64,000 nt of DNA from Halobacteriovoraceae bacterium (GTDB lineage Bacteria; Bdellovibrionota; Bacteriovoracia; Bacteriovoracales; Bacteriovoracaceae), in the NCBI GenBank assembly GCA_963719505.1, contig CAVRCF010000003.1, positions 224,001-288,000 on the forward strand. Reading direction: 5' to 3'. The notes below the pieces were generated by a model, which was given only the letters and a program-made list of their open reading frames with translations, searched no databases and was not told where the DNA came from. Numbering within the stretch: position 1 is the first letter of the stretch; every line of letters starts with the position of its first letter. This document shows, in pieces, positions 1 through 7,749 of the stretch. The translations under genes were made by a program, and so were the position numbers.

Positions 1-380
1 ACATTGAGTTCATCTAATGTCTCTTGATTCAGATTTCCGGTTGGTCTTAGAGAATTCTTTCTTTGAAAATCTTTAATAGCGGCTCTTGTTCGATATCCCA
101 AAACACCGTCCATAGCTCCCACGTTATATCCTTGCTCAGCTAGAGATGCCTGTGACTTTCTCACCATATCATTTGTCGTTTTCACGTAATCCGTTTTATA
201 AGCTTTGGTCTTGGCCCTAATAGGTTCAACCACCTCACGTTTTGTCGTTTGAAGGTTTACAGGAGCGGCCTGAGGAGTGACCATTGTTCCGTCGGTGTTG
301 TTTTCAGTTGGAGCATTCTCCATAGCCGAAAAAGACAGGGTAGAGGCTAAAGAGAGGCTTATAATGATTAGTTTTTTCAT
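1..380 (-). CDS. Secreted peptidoglycan-binding domain protein (PG_binding_1-like), runs off the window edge
   Basis: Not in the ORF track. Hand translation from ATG 380 gives MKKLIIISLSLASTLSFSA (signal peptide) ... VRKSQASLAEQGYNVGAMDGVLGYRTRAAIKDFQRKNSLRPTGNLNQETLDEL, the Q..L...GY..G..DG..G..T..A...FQ....L..TG PGBD pattern. Confidence 0.85.
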   Translation of the reverse strand, partial: MKKLIIISLSLASTLSFSAMENAPTENNTDGTMVTPQAAPVNLQTTKREVVEPIRAKTKAYKTDYVKTTNDMVRKSQASLAEQGYNVGAMDGVLGYRTRAAIKDFQRKNSLRPTGNLNQETLDELN

Positions 381-381
381 T

Positions 382-780
382 TTATTCTCCGAAGGTTTGA
401 GACTTTTTAACAGGAATTGCAATCCCCATCTTTCTTAAAGTCTCTCTATTTACCGAACCAGTTGGATCGATAGCATATCTTTGCTGGAAGTTTGATAAAG
501 CCGTGCTTGTTTTTGCATTGAGAACACCATTTATTTCTCCAACATCATATCCTTTGATGTCGAGTTTTATTTGTACCTCTTTCACCAGCTCTGTCGTTAT
601 GTCGACAAAAGGGTCTTCAGGCTTATTCATAGGATTTGGGTCGTAGTTTTTGGGAACTTCTTGTGGGGTAGATGCTGATCCTTCATAGTTTGGATTTGAT
701 TTATCGTAGATCGTTGCGGCAACTGCACTCATTGAAACTGTCATGATAACAACTGCGCTTATAGCTTTATAGATTCTCAT
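382..780 (-). CDS. Secreted peptidoglycan-binding domain protein
   Basis: Likely start ATG 780 (MRIYKAI, AAGGAG RBS) rather than 819. Signal peptide; C-terminal VQIKLDIKGYDVGEINGVLNAKTSTALSNFQQRYAIDPTGSVNRETL. Confidence 0.85.
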   Translation of the reverse strand: MRIYKAISAVVIMTVSMSAVAATIYDKSNPNYEGSASTPQEVPKNYDPNPMNKPEDPFVDITTELVKEVQIKLDIKGYDVGEINGVLNAKTSTALSNFQQRYAIDPTGSVNRETLRKMGIAIPVKKSQTFGE

Positions 781-794
781 TTTTTGCTCCTTAT

Positions 795-823
795 GAAAGA
801 GAGAGGGTGAACTCATCACCCTC
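795..823 (-). terminator. Intergenic hairpin (probable terminator/attenuator) between the first and second PGBD genes
   Basis: GAGGGTGA-N5-TCACCCTC stem at 803-823, followed on the minus strand by TCTTTC. Confidence 0.55.
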
Positions 824-853
824 CCAACATCATTTATTTTAATTTAAACAATC

Positions 854-1342
854 TTACTCGGCATAAGTATCTGAGGCTTCAGGTTTAAAGTTTCTCTCAA
901 TATTCATTTTCTCTAAAGTTTGTTGGTTGAGGGAACCTGTTGCTGCTAGATTATTTTCTTTTTGAAACTTTGTGATAGCTGCTCGAGTTTTAGCTCCGAT
1001 AATCCCATCGGTTGTACCAGCTGCAAAACCTTTTTGATTGAGTGCTTCTTGTACTCTTTTCACATCATTCATTGAGGTGCGGGCTTCAAGCATCTTCTTA
1101 TCCTGTGATTTTTTAGACCATCTCTCTGTGGATGATGCAGTTGTGTTCACGTCATCATAGCTTCTCATAGGCTTATTCATGGATTCATTTTGAGAGCGAT
1201 TAGAGTTAACGTGATCAGGGCTAGTGTGATAGTTAGAAGCTGATTTGTCTTGATAGCTCCCAGTGCTTCCAGCAAGTGCAGTAGCTGAACCTAAAATCAT
1301 TGTTGTTGTCAGTAGTACATTCATAGCTTTGTTCTTCATCAT
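854..1342 (-). CDS. Secreted peptidoglycan-binding domain protein
   Basis: Signal peptide, polar low-complexity middle, C-terminal VKRVQEALNQKGFAAGTTDGIIGAKTRAAITKFQKENNLAATGSLNQQTL. Confidence 0.88.
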   Translation of the reverse strand: MMKNKAMNVLLTTTMILGSATALAGSTGSYQDKSASNYHTSPDHVNSNRSQNESMNKPMRSYDDVNTTASSTERWSKKSQDKKMLEARTSMNDVKRVQEALNQKGFAAGTTDGIIGAKTRAAITKFQKENNLAATGSLNQQTLEKMNIERNFKPEASDTYAE

Positions 1343-1344
1343 AA

Positions 1345-1397
1345 TCTCCTTGATTTTTATTATCCATCAAAATGGAAGTTACAAAAATAATAGGAGA
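1345..1397 (-). promoter_or_regulatory. RBS-sequestering 5' leader hairpin
   Basis: On the minus strand, UCUCCU (1397-1392) can pair with the SD AGGAGA (1350-1345), with inner pairings AUUUUU/AAAAAU and UCCAU/AUGGA. Confidence 0.5.
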
Positions 1398-1433
1398 GTT
1401 AGCCTGGGAAAACTTCGTTAACCGGTGAAAAGA

Positions 1434-1451
1434 TTGTAAAGAAAATTACAA
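1434..1451. promoter_or_regulatory. Palindromic operator-like site
   Basis: TTGTAA-AGAAAA-TTACAA inverted repeat (fits TGT-N10-ACA) upstream of the PGBD cluster. Confidence 0.4.
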
Positions 1452-1471
1452 GTAAAGCGTCTATGTATCTG

Positions 1472-2350
1472 TTATTCGGCTAATTTTGATGAGCTTTCAA
1501 CGGCCAAGATATGGGTTGATGAAGCTATTGACTGGTCTTTTGATGCTAAGATTTGTTTTTCAAAACTTGAGTTGGTTAAATGGTTGGCAACACTTGACCA
1601 CCAAGCGCTATGACTATCGACTGTCTTTTGTGTCGTCCCCATCATTTTGGCTTCGTAGGTAAAACTAAGAGAGCCGTATTTTTTATGAAGAAAGTCTTTC
1701 AGTGTTCCCTTTACACTCTTTCCCCAAAAGTCATGACTTTTTGAATGAATGAGCTCGGTGGAGACATGATTTTTTAAAAGAAGAGAGACCTTTTGATATT
1801 GTTTTTTATAAAAATCTTTTTGGGCTGAAAGCTTTGGAGATAACAGAACTCCACCACAGCAGTGATAGTCTACTGATAAGTAAAGTTTTGCATTTGTTGA
1901 ACTCAACTCATTATCGAGCCAGGTTGCAAAAGTGAAAGTCTCCTGAGCTTGAAGCTTATCCTTTTTAAAGTCTCTATTTAAGTCAGCTCCCAGCATACTG
2001 TGCCTAGATTTTCTAACAACAGCATCAGGGTTTAACTGAGGAATAAGGTAGATCACTCCGTTATTTTTTAAGAATTTTTCAAACTTATTAAGGGCCTTTG
2101 GACTCTTTTGTGCCAAATCAACGAAAGACTTTAGAATACCATTATACTCATTGCCGTGAACGCCTTCGCTAAAGAGAATCGCTTTTTTAGGGCCCTTTTT
2201 AGAACTACTTGAGTCAAAGATCTTATAAGCCGTCAATGAGACACCTTGAAAAGACTTTCCGTAATCAATTCTTTGAAGCTCTAAAGTTGACGCGAGTAGG
2301 TTAGAGGCGATTGTTAAGGTAAATATTAGGATTCTTGTAGAAATCTTCAC
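1472..2350 (-). CDS. M14 family zinc carboxypeptidase (MpaA-like), secreted
   Basis: GVHGNE (HxxE), LNPD, DLNR, VDYH and FTYE motifs; N-terminal signal peptide; GTG start. Confidence 0.8.
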   Translation of the reverse strand: MKISTRILIFTLTIASNLLASTLELQRIDYGKSFQGVSLTAYKIFDSSSSKKGPKKAILFSEGVHGNEYNGILKSFVDLAQKSPKALNKFEKFLKNNGVIYLIPQLNPDAVVRKSRHSMLGADLNRDFKKDKLQAQETFTFATWLDNELSSTNAKLYLSVDYHCCGGVLLSPKLSAQKDFYKKQYQKVSLLLKNHVSTELIHSKSHDFWGKSVKGTLKDFLHKKYGSLSFTYEAKMMGTTQKTVDSHSAWWSSVANHLTNSSFEKQILASKDQSIASSTHILAVESSSKLAE

Positions 2351-2615
2351 ATTTCAATTATACGTGGTCTCCAGATTCATTTAAAGGACAGAAAAATGTT
2401 CTCTGCGTTTTTTTACATTTCTAGTGGCGTTTTGACACCACTGTGACTTGGAGCTAGATGTAAGTTTGAGCGAGAAACTTGACCTAAAGATTGCCCCTTT
2501 GTCTAATCATTGGTCTCTTTTCACAAATGCACCCTAAAGTTACTTTAGTAATCTAAGAAGGTAAGATTTCAGCCCCCGTTGTAAAGCAAAAGCTTGATTT
2601 AATGAAAGGAATCGC

Positions 2616-2672
2616 TTGATTTTAAATAATGATTGAATTATATATAACCTAGTTAACTAATAACCGGATTAT
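2616..2672 (+). promoter_or_regulatory. Probable sigma70 promoter with tandem MarR-type operators
   Basis: TTGATT-N17-TATATA (2616-2644), immediately followed by the near-palindromes ATAACCTAGTTAA (2644-2656) and ATAACCGGATTAT (2660-2672). Confidence 0.5.
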
Positions 2673-2728
2673 GTATTATCGATCATCTTCTTATCTCTAA
2701 AAAGTTTTTAAAAGTTGTACCAGACTCA

Positions 2729-3121
2729 ATGAGTTTAATTCGCTCTCATATTAGAAAGGCAAGTGAATCGCAGTTAAGTTTTGCAAAATTTAGAATTTTA
2801 TCAAACGTCAATCGAGGCTTAAATACTGTTGGTGAATTAGCTGGGCTGCAGTTTGTCTCTCAGCCGGCTATTTCAAAGTTAGTTGACTCTTTAGTTTGTG
2901 AAAACTATTTGACTCGACATCATAGCAAAGAAGATAGACGGGTCATCGTTTTAAAGTTAACGAGAGAAGGAAAACAAAAATTTCAAAAAGTAAAAAGTGC
3001 AGCGAGTAAAGATTTTAAACCTATTATTGATCTTTTGAGTGAAAAAGAGATTACCAGACTTGAAGAAGCTCTTAGTTGTCTTGAATCTATTTTTGAAAAA
3101 GTACAGGAGAATAAAATTTGA
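2729..3121 (+). CDS. MarR family transcriptional regulator
   Basis: TVGELA...VSQPAISKLVDSLV...YLTR...EDRRVIVLKLTREG winged-HTH. The frame is open upstream to 2657, so the true start may be earlier. Confidence 0.92.
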   Translation: MSLIRSHIRKASESQLSFAKFRILSNVNRGLNTVGELAGLQFVSQPAISKLVDSLVCENYLTRHHSKEDRRVIVLKLTREGKQKFQKVKSAASKDFKPIIDLLSEKEITRLEEALSCLESIFEKVQENKI

Positions 3122-4347
3122 AAAATATCACCTTTATCACTTTACTTGGTTTCACTTGTACTTTATACGCCTCAACATCAGTCAATGACCTCTACTTAAA
3201 ATCACTAAAAGACTCAAAGCAGGTCGAAATATTTAAGCTGACTGAAAAGGGAAGCTTGGCCGAACTTGAAAATAGACGCTCAACTCTTTTCCCTTCTGTA
3301 GATATCGTAAGTACCAATAGATACGGAAATAATGCGGTCAATGCCTTTTCAGATGAGAATGCCGTCGATACCCAGGTGGCTTTAAGTTTGGAGCAAAGAC
3401 TTTTTCAAGGGGGAGCAGAATTCGCTCTCAATGATTATAAGAAAGTCCTTCCAAAACAAGCTGAAGCTTTAAAAGAACAAAACCTCTCTGAATACTACGG
3501 TCAATTTACCTCTCTATACTTTCAAGTGTCTTCAGCGATTGAAGAGAACGAAACCGTTGAAGCTTTACTTAGAAACTTAAAGCAAAGAGTTGCAATCGTT
3601 AAGAAGAGAACAAAAATTGGACGAGATAGAAAGGCAGATCTCTACGCGCTAGAAGCCCAACTCTACAGATTGGAGGCAGACCTTTCAACAACGAAAGCCC
3701 AGCTAAAGTCAGCGAGAACAGAATTCTTGAATTTTTCAGGCTTAGATTCAATTGATGGCATACAGGATAAGGTTAATCCTTTGGCTTTGGAGTTGACTAA
3801 AAACGTCGACTTAGAAAATCGTCCAGATTTAAAGAATTTAAAATTTAACTACGACAGCTCTGTTCTCGAGGCAAAAATTGAAAAGGCCTCTTACTATCCA
3901 CAGGTAGACTTTGGTGCCAATTATTTTCTAGATAAAAGTAACCTCGGTCGAAATGACTGGGAAGTAAGTCTAAATATTCGATTAAATCTTTTAGATTTTG
4001 GTCAACGATCCTCTGCCGTTCAAGGCAGAAGAGTGACAGCAAATATTAATAAAGCTCGGTTTGAGTTTAATAGAATGAATGCAAAGGGTCGTTGGAGTAA
4101 TTTTATCGATAGCTTTAAAGCTAAAAAAAGAGAACTTAAGTCTTTGAGAGCCGCTTTAAAAAAGAGCAGAAATTCTTATGATGAACAGTTAAAAGATTTA
4201 AAACGAGGCCTTGTCACTCAAATTGATGTCATAAGGTCTCTTGACGATGTTATTAGTTTGGAGAAACTCTCTATTAGATCTTCTTTGGAAGTTAAGTCTC
4301 TTTACTATCAAGCAAATGCATATCTTGGGAACTACCCAAAAAGTTAA
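3118..4347 (+). CDS. TolC family outer membrane efflux protein
   Basis: Signal peptide, two OEP repeats (LFPSVDI...LEQRLFQGG; YYPQVDFGA...LNLLDFG), RPDL motif; overlaps the marR stop. Confidence 0.88.
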   Translation: MKNITFITLLGFTCTLYASTSVNDLYLKSLKDSKQVEIFKLTEKGSLAELENRRSTLFPSVDIVSTNRYGNNAVNAFSDENAVDTQVALSLEQRLFQGGAEFALNDYKKVLPKQAEALKEQNLSEYYGQFTSLYFQVSSAIEENETVEALLRNLKQRVAIVKKRTKIGRDRKADLYALEAQLYRLEADLSTTKAQLKSARTEFLNFSGLDSIDGIQDKVNPLALELTKNVDLENRPDLKNLKFNYDSSVLEAKIEKASYYPQVDFGANYFLDKSNLGRNDWEVSLNIRLNLLDFGQRSSAVQGRRVTANINKARFEFNRMNAKGRWSNFIDSFKAKKRELKSLRAALKKSRNSYDEQLKDLKRGLVTQIDVIRSLDDVISLEKLSIRSSLEVKSLYYQANAYLGNYPKS

Positions 4348-4360
4348 AAGGTAAATAAAA

Positions 4361-7300
4361 ATGAGTCTGTCGTCACTATCGATTAAAAATCCAGTTTTTG
4401 CTTGGATGTTTATGTTCTCTTTGATTCTTTTTGGAGTTTTGGGATTCTCAAAACTTGGAATAAATGAAAACCCTGATGTGGATTATCCCTCAATCTCAAT
4501 TTCTTATGAATACGAGGGTGCCACACCTGAAGTTGTAGAAAAAGATGTCCTTGAGCCTGTTGAGTCTGTCCTTGTATCGATGCAAGGAATAAAAGATATG
4601 ACATCTACTGCCGGTCGGGGGCAGGGGCGAATTGAACTTGAATTCTCGTTAGATAAAAATATTGATTTTGCCCTTCAAGAAGTTCAGACTCTTTTGGGAA
4701 GAGCTCAAAGAGAACTTCCCGATGCCATAGAAACTCCAACCGTGACAAAGTCAAACGCAGCAGATGATCCAATATTATACTTAGCTTTGGTCTCGACCAA
4801 ACTGAGCGAAAGAGATTTAAATATTCTTTTTAAAGATGGCATCGTTGATCAGTTAACAACTGTCGAGGGTGTTTCTGAAGTTCGTGCGTATGGTGCACGA
4901 GATCCTATGATGAGAGTCGATGTTGTCGCAGAAAAACTTAACCAATACCAGTTAACTCTTTCGGATATTGTTGAGACTCTAGAGAGGGAAAGTGTTGAAC
5001 TTCCTGCAGGTAAATTTGAAACGCCTGAAAAGGAAACGAGTATAAGAGTTCTCGGTGAAGGAAAGACAGTCGACGACTTTAAGAATATGATTATTAGTAG
5101 ACGTGGAGGAAGTCCAAACTTTATTCCTATCACCCTGTCTCAGGTTGCAAATATTTACGCCGGTGTCGAAAATAGAACACGAATTTCCCGAGTGAATGGA
5201 AAGCCTTCATTGTCGATGCCCATCTATAAGCAGCGTGGAGTAAACGCTGTAGAAGTGGCAGATATGGTTAAGGCACGAGTAAAAGAGATAGCTAAAACTT
5301 TACCTGAGGGAACTCAGCTCTCTGTTAATTTTGACAGGACAGCTTTTATTCGCCTCTCTATTGATGAGCTTATTCAAAACTTACTTTTATCAGCCCTGCT
5401 GACGTCAATCGTTTGTTGGGTTTTTCTAAATTCGATTTCAGCAACAATTAACATTTTACTTGCGATCCCGACGGCAATTATAGGGACGTTCGCTTTCATG
5501 TACCTGATGGGATTTACCTTGAATACATTCTCTTTGCTGGGGCTGACTCTGGCCATTGGTATCGTTGTCGATGATGCCATCGTTATGTTAGAAAATATTG
5601 TTCGGTACGCTAAGAAGGGAAATGATAAGGTTCAAGCTGCTTTTAAAGGAAGTAAAGAGATAACCTTTGCCGTTTTGGCAACGACTGCTGTTTTGATCGC
5701 GATCTTTGCCCCCATAACATTAATGCCTGGAATTGAGGGGCGATTCTTCCAAGAATTTGCCTTAACAATTTGTATAGCCGTTAGTTTATCATCTTTGGAA
5801 GCTCTGACTCTTGCTCCGATGAGATGTTCACAGTTTCTCAACGTTGAGTCCAAAGGTATCTTTATTCATCACTGGGTGGATAAGAGTGTGAATATTTCAA
5901 GAACGTTCTACATTAAAGTCTTGAGCTTCTCTCTAAAGAATAGAATAAAAATACTCGTTGTATCTCTAGTCTTCATCGCCGCTTCATTAGTTTCATTAAA
6001 TTTTATCGATAAAGAATTCGCACCAGAAGCAGATAGAAGCTTTATGTTTGTTCTTTTTATCGCGCCAGATGGTAAGAGTTTAGATTATACCGATGCCAAG
6101 GTAAAAGAGTATGAAGCTATTGTTCAGAAGAATGAAAATGTCGAAAGAATGATCGTCGCCGTTGGTGGTGGTCGTGGGGTGACAACTGGAAACAGAGGTT
6201 TTGGCGTTATCATCTTAAAAGATCTTAACGAAAGAAAGAAATCACAGTTTGAAGTCGCCTCAGATCTTCGTGAACAACTATCTGGTATTACGGGTATAAA
6301 AATTATTATTCGAGATAGAATGGGCTCGGCTATTGGTGGTAGGCGCGGTAGTCCAATTGAATTTACAATAACAGGACCAAAACTCTCTGTTCAACAAGAG
6401 TTGTATGAGAAGCTTGAAAAAGAGATGTCTGATTCAAATTTAATGGTTGGTGTTCGCTCAGATGATATTGGACAGTTGCCTGAAGTTCATATTATTCCCA
6501 ACCGTCTTCGTGCCCAACAGCGCGGTGTCGAGATTAGAACAATTGCACAAACATTAAATGTGGGAGTTGGTGGTCTAGCCGCAGCTAAGTACACAGAAGG
6601 GGGAAGACGTTATGATGTCTTCGTTCAACTTGCTGAAGAAGATAGAACAAATGAAAATATTTCATCCTTACTCCTGCAAAATAACAGAGGAGAGTTTGTC
6701 ACTCTTAAAGATGTTGTTAAGATTGAAGATGCTTTCGGTCCTCAATCTATCTACCGTGAAAATAGGGCCAGAGGCATAAGAGTTGATGCAAACCTGGGGA
6801 AAGATGTCCCTCAAAGTAGAGCCGTCGATTTTATAAAAGATCTTGCGGCGAAAGTATTACCTAGTGGATATTATGTGAAGTTCTCAAAGGATCTTAATGA
6901 ATCTCTTTTTGGTATTCTTTTAATTATGTTACTGGGCTTAGTAATCGCTTACATGGTTTTGGCAAGCCAGTTTAACTCTTTCTCTGATCCCATTACCGTT
7001 TTTCTAGCAATTCCTTTTGGACTCAGTGGAGCCTTTATAGCGCTGTGGTTATCTGGGAGTACTTTAAATATTTATTCTATGATCGGAATTCTTCTTACGA
7101 TGGGAATTGTTAAAAAGACTTCTATTCTCATTGTTGAATTTTCAAATCAATTAAGAGAAGAGGGAATGGAGACTTATGATGCCATTGTTAATGCTTGTGA
7201 GACAAGATTTCGTCCTATCATCATGACAACGTTTACAACTTTAGCCTCGGCTGTACCAGCTGCGGTCATTATTGGGGCAGGAAGTGAAACGAGACGACCA

Positions 7301-7417
7301 ATGGCCTTGGTCATTATTGGAGGAGTATTCCTTTCGACTTTATTTACTCTTATCGTCGTTCCTTGTTTCTATTCTTTGATAGCGAGAAAGAGAAGAGTTA
7401 TTTTAGAAGAGGTGTAG
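4361..7417 (+). CDS. RND efflux permease (AcrB/AcrD/AcrF family)
   Basis: 1018 aa; SIKNPVFA start, AIGIVVDDAIVMLENI, GIVKKTSILIVEF and RFRPIIMTT proton-relay motifs. Confidence 0.96.
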   Translation: MSLSSLSIKNPVFAWMFMFSLILFGVLGFSKLGINENPDVDYPSISISYEYEGATPEVVEKDVLEPVESVLVSMQGIKDMTSTAGRGQGRIELEFSLDKNIDFALQEVQTLLGRAQRELPDAIETPTVTKSNAADDPILYLALVSTKLSERDLNILFKDGIVDQLTTVEGVSEVRAYGARDPMMRVDVVAEKLNQYQLTLSDIVETLERESVELPAGKFETPEKETSIRVLGEGKTVDDFKNMIISRRGGSPNFIPITLSQVANIYAGVENRTRISRVNGKPSLSMPIYKQRGVNAVEVADMVKARVKEIAKTLPEGTQLSVNFDRTAFIRLSIDELIQNLLLSALLTSIVCWVFLNSISATINILLAIPTAIIGTFAFMYLMGFTLNTFSLLGLTLAIGIVVDDAIVMLENIVRYAKKGNDKVQAAFKGSKEITFAVLATTAVLIAIFAPITLMPGIEGRFFQEFALTICIAVSLSSLEALTLAPMRCSQFLNVESKGIFIHHWVDKSVNISRTFYIKVLSFSLKNRIKILVVSLVFIAASLVSLNFIDKEFAPEADRSFMFVLFIAPDGKSLDYTDAKVKEYEAIVQKNENVERMIVAVGGGRGVTTGNRGFGVIILKDLNERKKSQFEVASDLREQLSGITGIKIIIRDRMGSAIGGRRGSPIEFTITGPKLSVQQELYEKLEKEMSDSNLMVGVRSDDIGQLPEVHIIPNRLRAQQRGVEIRTIAQTLNVGVGGLAAAKYTEGGRRYDVFVQLAEEDRTNENISSLLLQNNRGEFVTLKDVVKIEDAFGPQSIYRENRARGIRVDANLGKDVPQSRAVDFIKDLAAKVLPSGYYVKFSKDLNESLFGILLIMLLGLVIAYMVLASQFNSFSDPITVFLAIPFGLSGAFIALWLSGSTLNIYSMIGILLTMGIVKKTSILIVEFSNQLREEGMETYDAIVNACETRFRPIIMTTFTTLASAVPAAVIIGAGSETRRPMALVIIGGVFLSTLFTLIVVPCFYSLIARKRRVILEEV

Positions 7418-7749
7418 ATTTATACCTCTTTTGAGTAATGTAGATCCTTAATTTTATTTAATTTTTCGAATTAAAATGTGTTTTTTTCTTAACATTTCTT
7501 TGGAGTTTTTAAATTTGCTCTTACTATCAATTAGTTAGACATACCTTAACTTTTTTAAAGTTCGCCTTTACCAAACTACTTTCGCGCAGCTGCAAGACAG
7601 ATTATGAGAATCGATCGAAAGTATCTTCGTTACTAATTTGATTCGAGTCCCTTAACCGCAATGCTCCTCCTACTCCCCCTGCCAGTGAACAAACTACAAA
7701 ACAAGGGTTCTCTTTAAAGTCCTCGAATCTTAAAAAAGGTTTATGAATT

